Below are positions 20,357-31,200 of a stretch of DNA of 60,741 bases, piece by piece. Position 1 is the first letter of the stretch. Each line of letters begins with the position of its first letter. The translations under genes were made by a program, and so were the position numbers. Source of the DNA: Cyanophyceae cyanobacterium (GTDB lineage: Bacteria; Cyanobacteriota; Cyanobacteriia; Cyanobacteriales; JBHJGN01); contig JBHJGN010000071.1 in assembly GCA_050331735.1 (NCBI GenBank), positions 1-60,741 on the forward strand, read 5' to 3'. Under the pieces are notes generated by a model that was not told the origin of the DNA, ran no database searches, and worked only from the letters and a program-made list of their open reading frames with translations.

Positions 20357-20836
20357 ATGGATGAGCTAAAAAAAGTTACGATTTATACAGACGGAGCCTG
20401 TATTCATAATCCCGGTCCTGGAGGATATGGGGTGGTCTTGCTCTACGGTTCCCATCGCCGGGAAATTTCGGGAGGGTTTTGCTTAACGACCAACAATCGG
20501 ATGGAGATGAAGGCGGCTATTGTTGGGCTTGAGGCTCTCAAAACGTCATGCACCGTGACTCTGTACTCGGATTCCCAATATTTAGTCAATGCTGTAGAAA
20601 AAGGATGGGCAAAACGATGGCGAAGCAATGGCTGGCAGCGTAACAAGAAAGAAAAGGCGAAAAATCCCGATCTGTGGGAGCAACTGCTGAACTTGTGCGA
20701 GCACCACAGCGTCCGGTTTGTGTGGGTTAAAGGACATGCCGGGAACCGGGAAAACGAGTGCTGCGATCGCCTAGCAGTGGCCGCTGCTCAGCAGGAGGAG
20801 CTGCCGATCGATCCTGGCTACGGAGAGGGGGAATAG
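20357..20836 (+). CDS. rnhA: ribonuclease HI
   Basis: [50 protein letters not shown]. Confidence 0.97.
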   Translation: MDELKKVTIYTDGACIHNPGPGGYGVVLLYGSHRREISGGFCLTTNNRMEMKAAIVGLEALKTSCTVTLYSDSQYLVNAVEKGWAKRWRSNGWQRNKKEKAKNPDLWEQLLNLCEHHSVRFVWVKGHAGNRENECCDRLAVAAAQQEELPIDPGYGEGE

Positions 20837-20916
20837 GGTGGGGAACGGGAAAGCAATTGTTTCCCAGCGAGCGCAATTTTCTGCCACAATCTTAGAGAGA
20901 GCGACAGGATGACGCG

Positions 20917-22398
20917 ATGCTGCTAAACAAGATTTTTCACCCCCAACACGATAACTGGAAACCAATCATTAAGAAATTTGCAGCGGTTGTGGGTCAAGAT
21001 GGGGTAGTGCGGCGCAAAGAAGAATTACTGACCTACGAATGCGATGGGCTAGCCAGCTATCGCCAGCGTCCCGCTTTGGTCGTGCTGCCGCGAACCACCG
21101 AGCAAGTGGCCGCCGTGGTCAAACTTTGCGATCAGCACAATCTCCCCTGGGTGGCAAGAGGAGCCGGAACCGGGTTATCGGGAGGAGCCCTGCCCATAGA
21201 AGACTGCGTTCTGATCGTGACGGCGCGGATGAACCGCATTTTGGAGGTGGATCTAGTAAATCAGCGCATCGTCGTCCAGCCGGGAGTCATCAACAATTGG
21301 GTGACGCAAGCCGTTAGCGGCGCGGGTTTTTACTACGCCCCCGATCCCTCTAGTCAGATTATTTGTTCGATCGGCGGGAATGTAGCCGAAAACTCGGGGG
21401 GCGTTCACTGTCTGAAGTATGGGGTGACGACGAATCACGTCATGGGCTTAACGCTGGTGCTGACTGACGGTACAGTAGCGCAGGTAGGCGGACCGGTGCC
21501 AGAAATGCCGGGATACGATATCACAGGTTTATTCGTGGGCTCTGAGGGCACGTTGGGCATTGCGACAGAAATTACCCTAAAGATTCTTAAAAGCCCAGAA
21601 GCAGTGTGCGTGGTGCTGGCAGACTTTGAAAGTATTGAAGCGGCTGGAAGTGCCGTGGCCGAAATCATTGGGGCGGGGATTGTTCCGGCGGGCATGGAAA
21701 TTATGGACAACCTCAGCATCAATGCGGTGGAGGATGTGGTCGCTACCGGCTGCTATCCCCGAGATGCCGGAGCAATTTTGCTCGTGGAACTCGACGGTTT
21801 ACAGATAGAAGTAGCCTCCAATAAAGGGCGGGTGGCTGCGCTGTGTAAGCAAAACGGAGCTAGAAACGTTACTTCCGCAAGCGACCCGCACACTCGACAG
21901 AAGATGTGGAAAGGACGGAAAGCAGCTTTTGCCGCTGCAGGGCATATCAGCCCCGACTACTTTGTTCAAGATGGAGTCATTCCCCGGACTCGTCTTGCCG
22001 AGGTGCTGCGGGAAATTGAGGCCCTCAGCGTACAGTATGGCTATAAGATTGCTAATGTGTTTCATGCCGGGGATGGCAACCTGCATCCGCTGATTCTGTA
22101 TGATAACTCTGTGGCAGGGGCGCTGGAGCAGGTAGAAAAGCTCGGAGGAGAGATTCTGCAGCTTTGCGTTCGCTCTGGCGGCAGTATTTCTGGAGAACAC
22201 GGCATCGGAGCTGATAAAAGCTGCTACATGCCGGATATGTTCAGTGAAGCGGATTTAGAAACGATGCAGCTTGTGCGTCGGGCGTTTAATCCCAAAGGGT
22301 TAGCTAATCCTGGTAAGATTTTTCCCACTCCCCGTACCTGTGGCGAAGCGGCTCATGCTCAACAGGCAGGGCAGTTTCAGGAGGCGGAGCTGTTTTAG
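20917..22398 (+). CDS. glcD: glycolate oxidase/dehydrogenase FAD subunit
   Basis: RGAGTGLSGG, PDPSSQIICSIGGNVAENSGGVHCLKYG, GSEGTLG, HAGDGNLHP, GEHGIG, NPGK. Confidence 0.93.
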   Translation: MLLNKIFHPQHDNWKPIIKKFAAVVGQDGVVRRKEELLTYECDGLASYRQRPALVVLPRTTEQVAAVVKLCDQHNLPWVARGAGTGLSGGALPIEDCVLIVTARMNRILEVDLVNQRIVVQPGVINNWVTQAVSGAGFYYAPDPSSQIICSIGGNVAENSGGVHCLKYGVTTNHVMGLTLVLTDGTVAQVGGPVPEMPGYDITGLFVGSEGTLGIATEITLKILKSPEAVCVVLADFESIEAAGSAVAEIIGAGIVPAGMEIMDNLSINAVEDVVATGCYPRDAGAILLVELDGLQIEVASNKGRVAALCKQNGARNVTSASDPHTRQKMWKGRKAAFAAAGHISPDYFVQDGVIPRTRLAEVLREIEALSVQYGYKIANVFHAGDGNLHPLILYDNSVAGALEQVEKLGGEILQLCVRSGGSISGEHGIGADKSCYMPDMFSEADLETMQLVRRAFNPKGLANPGKIFPTPRTCGEAAHAQQAGQFQEAELF

Positions 22399-22475
22399 CG
22401 CTAAGTTTTAACGGTTTGGCTATGACTCCCGCTAATTGAAGGCCCGTTGGAATCGACTCTCCTTGTTCAAGCTCG

Positions 22476-23333
22476 TTACGCTGCACTCTGGCTGTGGCAA
22501 CTATCTGTGGCGATCGCGCACTTAGTCAGGGCGTCTGTTCCTAAAAATTTGCCTCGACAGCGATGACTTGCTAGTTTCCTGAGCCTTTGAGCTGGCGGCT
22601 GTGTGAGGATACTAACAGGCTGCGGCTCAAATCTACCTAATGCCCAGTAGCTCAGCAGCCCTAGATACTCTCGGATAGACAACCAGGTTACTTTGACGGA
22701 GCGATAAGAAGAGAGAGAACTAGCGCGAGGAATGACCTGCCAGCCAAAGCTGCTGAAGCTTAAATAAGCACGCTGTAAGTGCAGCAAATCAGTAATTAGA
22801 ATAATTTTCCGGACCCCCTGTGGACCTAAAAGGGCCGCGGATAAAGCCGCTTCTTGGTAGGTTGTGCGCGGGCATCTCAGGCCGATTACGCTATTAGGAG
22901 TGCTGTCGGTGTCTTCAATCCGCTGCCAAATTGCTTCTGCTAGCTCATCTCCAATCGCCAGAATTTTTGCGGCTCGTTCTTCCTGCCAAAGCTGTGCTGC
23001 TAACTCAGCGCGGGAAGCCTCTAGTGCTTTCCCTCTTCGTAGCACGACAATGGCATCGGCGACGGCACCGGAATCTGCCGGTAGCGAGACAGTTAAGCCC
23101 CAAACCGCCAGAGACGAAAAGAGAGAAGAACTAATGAGTAAATAGAGCGCTAGTCCAAACGCTGCTGGTTTACTCAGCCATTGTTTTCCCCAGGCAAAGG
23201 ACGTTACCCAGGGAACCACAACGAGCGCTAAGAGCGGTGGGACGATCAACCACGGAGTTGCCAGCCACTCAAAAACCTCGTTCAGTTGAATCCAGGTGTT
23301 GATATTAATACTGCTCATGGTAGTTTCCGCCAA
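22476..23333 (-). CDS. YdcF/DUF218-family membrane protein
   Basis: ADAIVVL, RTTYQEA, IILITDLLHLQRA, REYLGLLSYW; several motif positions look degenerate. Confidence 0.8.
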   Translation of the reverse strand: MAETTMSSININTWIQLNEVFEWLATPWLIVPPLLALVVVPWVTSFAWGKQWLSKPAAFGLALYLLISSSLFSSLAVWGLTVSLPADSGAVADAIVVLRRGKALEASRAELAAQLWQEERAAKILAIGDELAEAIWQRIEDTDSTPNSVIGLRCPRTTYQEAALSAALLGPQGVRKIILITDLLHLQRAYLSFSSFGWQVIPRASSLSSYRSVKVTWLSIREYLGLLSYWALGRFEPQPVSILTQPPAQRLRKLASHRCRGKFLGTDALTKCAIATDSCHSQSAA

Positions 23334-23480
23334 CGCTGACGCTTATAAGCCGAGAGCAGGCGCTCTAAAAGCTGAACTTGACCGCGCTGTGTCCTCAGAC
23401 TAAGACGGCGGCTGCCGCGGTTGTTAGGAAAATTAAGCGAGGTCACTGTTACTATTTTTGAGAAATTAGAAGTCAGCATA

Positions 23481-23821
23481 ATGCTTATGAATGACGCTTT
23501 TGCGCTGGTATTTCCCTGCCTTGAGACGGAGCGGCTTTGGCTGCGGTCAACAACAAAATTAGATGCTGAAGCTATACTAGCTATATTTTCAGATCCGCAG
23601 GTGACTCAATACCACGACCTCGCTCCGCTTACAGATATTAGCCAAGCCCTTGAAATTGTTGAGCGACGGGCTAAAGGGTTTGCTCGGGGAGTCGGAATCC
23701 GGTGGGGCATTGCTCAGAAACCAATTTGATTGGTTCGTGTGGACTGACGTGGCACAGAGAAGCGTAGTCTGCCGAGATTGGCTATGAGCTTGCTAGTCGG
23801 TATTGGAGACAGGGCATCATG
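23481..23821 (+). pseudogene. RimJ/RimL-type GNAT acetyltransferase remnant
   Basis: FPCLETERLWLR...IRWGIAQK, then a frameshift near 23723 to LIGSCGLTWHREA*SAEIGYELASRYWRQGIM (TAG 23765-23767), then truncation. Confidence 0.88.
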
Positions 23822-23910
23822 GATCCTTGCTGAGTCGATGAAGCATCCTGTTTTAAAAATTTGCATCAGAAATTTCCCCGTTGAGAACTTCATCCTTTAA
23901 AGTGATTAAA

Positions 23911-24098
23911 GAGACCCCGGTTTGAGCTTGCTGAACGCAGCATCTAGTTAGCAGCGTGTTCGTCGGATTCAGCTCCCCCGGAGGAAGCACCCGAAGGGCG
24001 GGAAATAACTGACGAGAGTAGACGTTCAGACGGGACTGACTCCTACTGTATGAACTCGAAAAAACAGACATTTTAAAACTTCAAGAGAAGACGCTGGC
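23911..24098 (+). promoter_or_regulatory. candidate structured 5' leader RNA of dxs
   Basis: Several nested helices found by eye (23916-27/24024-34; 23929-33/23938-42; 23960-66/24009-15); possible -10 TAAAGT at 23898-23903. Confidence 0.5.
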
Positions 24099-26006
24099 AT
24101 GCATATAAGCGAAATTACTCATCCAAATCAGTTGCATGGTTTATCAATCCGTCAACTGGAGAATATTGCCCGTCAGATAAGAGAAAAACACCTACAAACT
24201 GTGTCCACCAGTGGCGGACATTTAGGGCCGGGACTGGGCGTTGTGGAACTCACAATCGCCCTGTATCAAACCCTCGATCTAGACCGGGATAAGGTCATTT
24301 GGGACGTGGGACATCAAGCCTATCCCCATAAAATGCTGACGGGACGCTACGACCGTTTTCACACTCTTCGGCAAAAAGACGGGATTGCCGGGTATCTCAA
24401 GCGCTGCGAGAGCAGATTTGACCATTTTGGTGCAGGACACGCTTCTACCAGCATTTCTGCGGGTCTAGGGATGGCGCTAGCGCGGGATGCCAAGGGAGAG
24501 GATTTTAAAGTGGTCGCGGTGATCGGTGACGGAGCACTCACTGGCGGCATGGCCCTCGAAGCCATCAATCATGCCGGTCATCTACCCAACACAAACATCA
24601 TGGTGGTGCTGAACGACAACGATATGTCGATCTCGCCTAACGTAGGAGCGATTTCTCGCTACCTCAACAAAGTGCGGCTGAGCGAACCCGTTCAGTTCCT
24701 CTCCGATAATTTGGAGGAACAGTTGAAGCAACTGCCTTTCTTGGGCAAGTCTTTGACCCCCGAGATGGAACGGCTTAAAGAAGGAATGAAGCGTTTAGCG
24801 GTTCCTAAAGTAGGAGCCGTGATTGAAGAACTCGGCTTTACCTATTTTGGTCCGATTGACGGCCATAATCTCCCCGAACTGATTGCGACCTTCAAGCATG
24901 CCCACAAGGTTTCCGGTCCTGTATTAGTTCATGTGGCCACGACTAAGGGCAAAGGATACGAGATTGCCGAGAAAGACAAGGTAGGCTATCACGCTCAAAA
25001 TCCCTTTAACCTGGCTACGGGAAAAGCTGTTCCATCTAGTACACCTAAACCCCCTAAATACTCCAAGGTTTTTGCTCATACCCTCACTAAGCTAGCAGAA
25101 AACAATTCTAGAATCATCGGCATTACGGCGGCCATGGCGACGGGAACCGGATTAGATAAGCTCCAGGCAAAGCTGCCGAAACAGTATGTTGATGTCGGCA
25201 TTGCTGAACAGCACGCCGTTACCTTGGCAGCCGGGTTGGCCTGTGAAGGAATGCGTCCGGTGGCAGCCATCTACTCAACCTTCCTTCAGCGGGCCTACGA
25301 CCAAGTGCTGCACGACGTTTGTATTCAGAAGCTGCCTGTTTTCTTCTGTTTAGACCGCGCAGGCATTGTGGGCGCAGATGGCCCGACCCATCAAGGCATG
25401 TACGATATCGCCTATCTGCGCTGCATTCCCAACATGGTAGTGATGGCTCCTAAAGATGAAGCCGAACTCCAGCAGATGGTCGTGACCGGAATTGAGTACA
25501 CCGATGGTCCCATTGCCATGCGCTATCCTCGCGGCAACGGCGTGGGCGTTCCGCTGATGGAAGAAGGATGGGAACCCGTCCCCATTGGTAAAGGGGAAAT
25601 CCTGCGCCAGGGGGATGACGTGTTGCTGCTGGGCTACGGAGCGATGGTATATCCGGCGATGCAGGTCGCAGAAATTCTGAGCGAACACGGCCTTGAAGCC
25701 ACCGTCATTAATGCCCGCTTTGTCAAACCGTTAGACACCGAGCTGATTTTTCCGTTGGCTCAGCAGATTGGCAAGGTAGTTACTCTCGAAGAAGGCTGCT
25801 TAATGGGGGGCTTCGGGTCTGCGGTGGCTGAAGCCTTGGTAGACAACAAGATTTCGGCTTCCGTCAAGCGGTTTGGCGTTCCCGACCGGCTGGTGGACCA
25901 CGCCAAACCGGATGAGTCGAAGGCCACTCTCGGCTTATCCAGTCCGCAAATTGCTCAGCAGATTCGAGAGTTTCTGAGCTCGAAGCAGCCGTCGGTGGTC
26001 GGTTAG
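24099..26006 (+). CDS. dxs: 1-deoxy-D-xylulose-5-phosphate synthase
   Basis: [64 protein letters not shown]. Confidence 0.99.
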   Translation: MHISEITHPNQLHGLSIRQLENIARQIREKHLQTVSTSGGHLGPGLGVVELTIALYQTLDLDRDKVIWDVGHQAYPHKMLTGRYDRFHTLRQKDGIAGYLKRCESRFDHFGAGHASTSISAGLGMALARDAKGEDFKVVAVIGDGALTGGMALEAINHAGHLPNTNIMVVLNDNDMSISPNVGAISRYLNKVRLSEPVQFLSDNLEEQLKQLPFLGKSLTPEMERLKEGMKRLAVPKVGAVIEELGFTYFGPIDGHNLPELIATFKHAHKVSGPVLVHVATTKGKGYEIAEKDKVGYHAQNPFNLATGKAVPSSTPKPPKYSKVFAHTLTKLAENNSRIIGITAAMATGTGLDKLQAKLPKQYVDVGIAEQHAVTLAAGLACEGMRPVAAIYSTFLQRAYDQVLHDVCIQKLPVFFCLDRAGIVGADGPTHQGMYDIAYLRCIPNMVVMAPKDEAELQQMVVTGIEYTDGPIAMRYPRGNGVGVPLMEEGWEPVPIGKGEILRQGDDVLLLGYGAMVYPAMQVAEILSEHGLEATVINARFVKPLDTELIFPLAQQIGKVVTLEEGCLMGGFGSAVAEALVDNKISASVKRFGVPDRLVDHAKPDESKATLGLSSPQIAQQIREFLSSKQPSVVG

Positions 26007-26021
26007 TCAGCAACCCAGGAG

Positions 26022-26165
26022 CGGGAGAAGGGAAGCCGCTTTCGCGGCGGGAAAAGGGGAAAGGGGAAAGGGAAACAAATTAGCTGATTTCTTGGCTCTG
26101 TGTTTTTCCCCGTCCCGCACCGGACAGTTGCCCCTTTTCCCTTGACCCGTCCCACACCGGACATT
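26022..26165. repeat. dispersed repeat family B, copy 2
   Basis: Same core and heptamer arms as 5694-5852; two GTCC-N6-GGAC units. Confidence 0.8.
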
Positions 26166-26170
26166 CTGCT

Positions 26171-26953
26171 ATGCCGCTAAAAATTATGAGCCTGAATCTG
26201 CGTCTAGACAAGCCCGATCCCGGAGAAGGGAACTGGCGCGTACGACGGGGGGCGATCGCCTCTCTCATTGCCCACTACTCGCCAGATCTCATTGGCACTC
26301 AGGAAGGTCTTCCCCATCAGCTCCTCGATCTGCATCGTCTGCTGCCCGACTATCGAAGTGTGGGTGGCGATCGCACCGGCACCGGCACCGGAGAACACTG
26401 TGCCATCTTCTACTCTCCGCGTCTCCAGTGCCGAGAGACCGGAGATTTTTCCCTGAGCGATACTCCAGAAGTGCTGGGCAGTCTCAGTCGGGAATGGGGC
26501 AATCCAGTTCCTCGTATGGTGACGTGGGCCGTGTTTGCCTTGGCAGGAACGAGCGTCACCTTGTTGAATACGCATCTAGACTACCATAGCGCGACGGCGA
26601 GAGAACGAGGAGCCCAGTTGCTGCGCGATCGCCTCGGCAGCAGGCCTGCATCGGAGGCTTACTGCTTTGTTACAGGAGACTTCAACGCCGTTCCCGCTAG
26701 CCTGCCGAGACAAATCTTGACCCGAAGACTCGCTAACGGCATTCAGCTCAACGACGCGCTAGCAGGGCTGCCCCCCGAACAGCAACTGTCGTTTCATGAT
26801 TTTACGGGTCAAGGCTCCCTTGCCGTTGACACCATTTACTTCGATAGTCGCCTCAGTCTCCAGGCTGCTAAAGTAGAGTCTGCCCGCTGGCCAGAAGTTC
26901 TTCCCTCCGATCACTTCCCCATCCTTGCAGAATTTGCAGAGCCTCACCGATAG
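26171..26953 (+). CDS. endonuclease/exonuclease/phosphatase (EEP) family protein
   Basis: SLNLR, DLIGTQEG, NTHLD, GDFN, SDHFP. Confidence 0.93.
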   Translation: MPLKIMSLNLRLDKPDPGEGNWRVRRGAIASLIAHYSPDLIGTQEGLPHQLLDLHRLLPDYRSVGGDRTGTGTGEHCAIFYSPRLQCRETGDFSLSDTPEVLGSLSREWGNPVPRMVTWAVFALAGTSVTLLNTHLDYHSATARERGAQLLRDRLGSRPASEAYCFVTGDFNAVPASLPRQILTRRLANGIQLNDALAGLPPEQQLSFHDFTGQGSLAVDTIYFDSRLSLQAAKVESARWPEVLPSDHFPILAEFAEPHR

Positions 26954-27028
26954 AGGAAACAAAAATATTTTCCTTTTTCCCTTTCCCCGAACTTCAAAAC
27001 TTGGCAGCCCTCCGCCAGAAAAGACGTA

Positions 27029-27700
27029 TTATCCTTTAAGCCGATAACCTACTCCATAAACGGTTTCAATTAAATCGGGGGAAGCCCCTGACTCTTTTAG
27101 CTTATGACGGAGGCTTTTAATATGAGCTTTAATGCTGTCCTCTTGAGGAGGATCGTCTAAAGACCAAATATGCTCAATGATGTAGTTACGGCTCAACACC
27201 CGCTGCTCGTTACGCAGAAACAGTTCTAGAATACTGTGTTCTTTAGGCGTGAGGTTGAGATCTTGATTACTATAGGTCACTTCACGAGTACTAGGATTGA
27301 GTTTTAATCCTTTCCACTCTAAAACTGGTGAGGCGGCGATCGTACCGCGACGCAGTAGCGCTCGAATTCGGGCCAGCAGTTCTGGTAAATCGATCGGCTT
27401 CACAACGTAATCATCTGCACCGGCATCTAAGCCAAGCACTTTATCAGTGCTGGTATCGCGTGCAGTAATAATCAACACCGGCATGGCGTATTCTGCTTGA
27501 CGCAGCCGTTGGCAGAGGCTAATCCCGTTTAGCTTCGGCAGCATGACATCCAAAACGATCAGATCGTAATCTAGAATCTGAAGCTGAGACCACGCTGCTT
27601 CGCCATCATGAATGGTATCGACAACGTACTGCTGATCGCTAAGAGCTTCGGCTAAAGCTTCAGCCAATGGAATATCATCTTCTACTAACAGAATCCTCAT
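27029..27700 (-). CDS. OmpR-family response regulator
   Basis: MRILLVEDD, LDVMLP, GLDAGADDYVVKP, winged-helix ETVYGVGYRL; AAGGAGG RBS. Confidence 0.96.
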   Translation of the reverse strand: MRILLVEDDIPLAEALAEALSDQQYVVDTIHDGEAAWSQLQILDYDLIVLDVMLPKLNGISLCQRLRQAEYAMPVLIITARDTSTDKVLGLDAGADDYVVKPIDLPELLARIRALLRRGTIAASPVLEWKGLKLNPSTREVTYSNQDLNLTPKEHSILELFLRNEQRVLSRNYIIEHIWSLDDPPQEDSIKAHIKSLRHKLKESGASPDLIETVYGVGYRLKG

Positions 27701-28202
27701 GCCTGGAAAGTCCTCCTTATACAGGTGTCATCTTCTTTAAGAAGTAAGATAGTGTGAAATTTAGTCAAGCTGATTAACTCTGCGAATTTAGAATATTAAA
27801 CGATTAAATCGTTTGCAAAAGATGCTGACTGACCAGCACAGCCTAAAACAGGCGCGATAGTTTTACCATGTCTAGCTTTTGAGAAGATTTTCTTGTCGGA
27901 TCGTTAAGAGATCAAGCAAGTTAAGTGGCACTCGGATTAAAATCGTTTGTGTTAGCCGGAATAAATTTTTTCTTGCCCTGTAATAAAGCTTAAAAACCAG
28001 CTAAAAGAGATTTTAAGTAGACTGGCAATTCGCTATTTCTGCTAGCTAAACTTGTTAGTACACCAAGATCAACACTTGTCTTGTTGCAGAAAAACGCCTT
28101 TTTCACCATTGTGAATTAGCGGATAGTCTGTTGATGAGCATTGTTTATAAATGTTCATTCTTATCTCGTGATTGTTCTGGCAGCAATTGACAAATTTTTA
28201 AC

Positions 28203-31200
28203 ATGCACCCAAGCTATCAAACCTTACAGAAGCTGCTCGCCGAACAAGCTGCTCAGCTCAAGCAGATGAACAAACAGCTACAGGCCGAAGTCGCAGCAAA
28301 AGAAGCCGCACAAGACGCCCTACAGAAGTGCCGGAAGCGACTGGCTCAAGAGGCGATCTCTTCTAATCGAGGCAATTGGGAACTAGAAAAAAAACTCTCT
28401 CAATCCGAAACACGCTATCACGATCTCTACAACAAAATTCCGGCGATGCTGCACTCGATCAACCGCCACGGTCGGTTGATTAGCGTCAGCGACTATTGGC
28501 TAGAAACCCTCGGCTATACTCGCAGCGAAGTAATTGGGCGATACTCCGTTGAGTTTTTGACCGCCGCCTCTCGTCGCTACGCGGAGGAGGAAGCACTCCC
28601 GCAGTTTTTTCAGACAGGAATCTGCCGAGATATTTCTTATCAAATGGTCAAAAAGGATGGTGAAGTGATCGACGTGCTGCTTTCGGCAGTGGCAGAACGA
28701 GACCAATCAGGACAAATTGTGCGGACTCTCGCCGTTGCCGTTGACATTACCGAGCGTAAGCGCTGGGAAGAATACTTTCGAGCTTTTATGGACCGTAATC
28801 CGGCCATGGCATTTATTAAAAATAGTGCTGGACGTTACCTCTACGGCAACCAAGCTTGGGCTAATCAGTTTAATCTGCCGCTCTCTGAAGTTTTAGCCAA
28901 GTCTGACGCAGAGTTATTTTCTCCGACAGCCGTGCAGAGAATTCGAGCCAATGATGCGGTAGTTTTATCTCGAGGAGAGACCTTGAAGGTGCTAGAAACG
29001 GAGAGGGCTCAGCAACTGCGCTACTGGACAGCCGTTAAGTTTCCGCTCCCCAATTCTAAGCAACCTCTGATTGGGGGCTTTGCTTTAGACATCAGCGAGC
29101 AGCAGCGGAGTGAGCAAGAATTAAGAGTGCGGGTGAGGCAGCAAGCAGCCGTTGCTCAACTGGGCTTGCAGGCTTTAGAAACAGAATTACCCGAGCTGAT
29201 GAATCACGCCACAGTTTTACTCGCTCAAGTACTAGAGGTAGAGTACACCAAAGTCCTAGAGCTGCTTGGCGGTCGAACCGCGCTCCGACTCAAAGCCGGA
29301 GTTGGCTGGAAGCAGGGACTAGTAGGAGTCGCAATGTTCAGTGCCGAGCGCGACTCTCAGGCAGGCTACACACTGGTTTCCGCGCAGCCAGTAGTTGTGG
29401 AAGATCTGCGCCAGGAAACGCGCTTTAGTGGTCCACCTCTCCTCACCGCCCACGGAGTCGTCAGCGGGATGAGCGTTGTGATTTGCGGGACTGCTCAGCC
29501 CTACGGTGTTTTGGGGGTTCATACTGCCAAACAACGACAGTTTAGTCAGCATGACGTGAACTTTCTTCAGGCAGTAGCCAACATTCTGGCTACCGCAGTC
29601 GAGCGTCAGCAGGCCGAAAAAGCCCTCAAAGAGAGCGAGCAACGCTTTCGCCTCTTGGTGGAAAAGGTTAAAGACTACGCCATTTTTATGCTCGCTCCCG
29701 ATGGCAGAGTGATGAGCTGGAACGCAGGAGCCGAAAAAATTAAAGGCTACCGCGCTCAGGAAATTTTAGGTCAGCACTTCCGACGCTTCTACACCCATCA
29801 GGACAAACAGCAAGGTATTCCTGAGCAAGTCCTGAGAACGGCTGAAAAGGAGGGGCAATTTGAGTATGAAGGCTGGCGTCTTCGTAAAGATGGCTCTCTG
29901 TTTTGGGCCGACATGGCGATCACCGCTATTCGGGATGAGGGCGGTCAGCTTCGGGGTTTTACCAAGGTGACGCGGGATATTACAGAACGTAAGCGAACCG
30001 AGGAGGCCCTCCGACGACAGGCCAAAGCCCTGCAAAAATTCAGCACCAACCTTAAGCACCTCCACCGCATCAGCACCGCTAAGCACCAGGATTTAGCAGC
30101 GCTATTTAGCGACTACTTAGGGGCAGGATGCGCCATCTTAGGACTGACAACCGGAATTGTCAGCGAGATCAGCGAGCACCACTACATAATTCGTGCTGTT
30201 CAATCTCCCTTCGATTTATCTCCTGGTCAGGTGTTTGCTCTTAAAGATACCTACTGCGTCTCAGTTATTCAAAAAAAACGCACGATTACCTATACCCACG
30301 TGAGCCAAGAACCGCAGATGCAGAGTCATCCGGTTTATCAAACTCTTCAGCTAGAAAGCTATCTGGGCACGCCTATTCTTGTCAATGGCAATATCTATGG
30401 AACGCTCAGCTTTTCGTCAACCGTTCCGAGAGACCATGATTTTCCTCCTTACGAACAGGAAATTATTGAGCTGATGGCAGAAAGCATGGGACGATTTATT
30501 GCCACTCATCAAGCCGACCAAAAACGCAAGCAGGCAGAAGAAACTCTCCGCCAAAGCGAGATTCGCTATCGCGGGATTGTCGAAGCCCAAACCGAACTGA
30601 TCTGCCGGATTCGTCCCGATGGAGCGTTCACCTACTTAAACGATACCTACTGCCGCTATTTTGGGGAGCAGCGCGACCATCTTCTCGGCTGTAGTTATTT
30701 GGCTAAGGTTTGCAAGCAAGACCGCGACCGGGTAAAGCAACATCTGGCTTCTTTAAGTCGCCAGCGGTCAACGGGAACGATTGAATACTGCGTGATGCAG
30801 AACGGACAGAGGCGATGGCAACAGTGGAGCAATCAAGCCATCTATAACCGGTTGGGGTTAGTGGAGTTTCAGTGTGTCGGGCGCGATATTACGCCCCGAA
30901 AAGAAGCAGAAACCGCTCTGCGAAAGAGTGAAGAACTCTATCGAACCTTAGCTAGTAATTTTCCCAATGGAGCGGTTTTTCTGTTCGACAGCAGGATGCG
31001 CTATACCTTGGCAGCCGGCACTGGACTTGCCGACCTTGGCTGGCAAGAGTCTTTAGAAGGAGGCTTGGTGGAGGAAGCGCTGCCAGTCGGACTGTATCGG
31101 GCGCAGGAGTTTGCCTATCGAGCGGCGCTGAGAGGGGAAGCGAGCGTGTTTGAACTGCCCTATCAAAACAAAACCTATCTTGTTCACGTCCTGCCTGTGA

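Noticed and set aside
23911..24098. TPP or glutamine (glnA) riboswitch assignment for the dxs leader
   Set aside because: Lacks the CUGAGA/ACCUGAU signatures of TPP riboswitches and the glnA motif layout; kept only as an unknown structured RNA.
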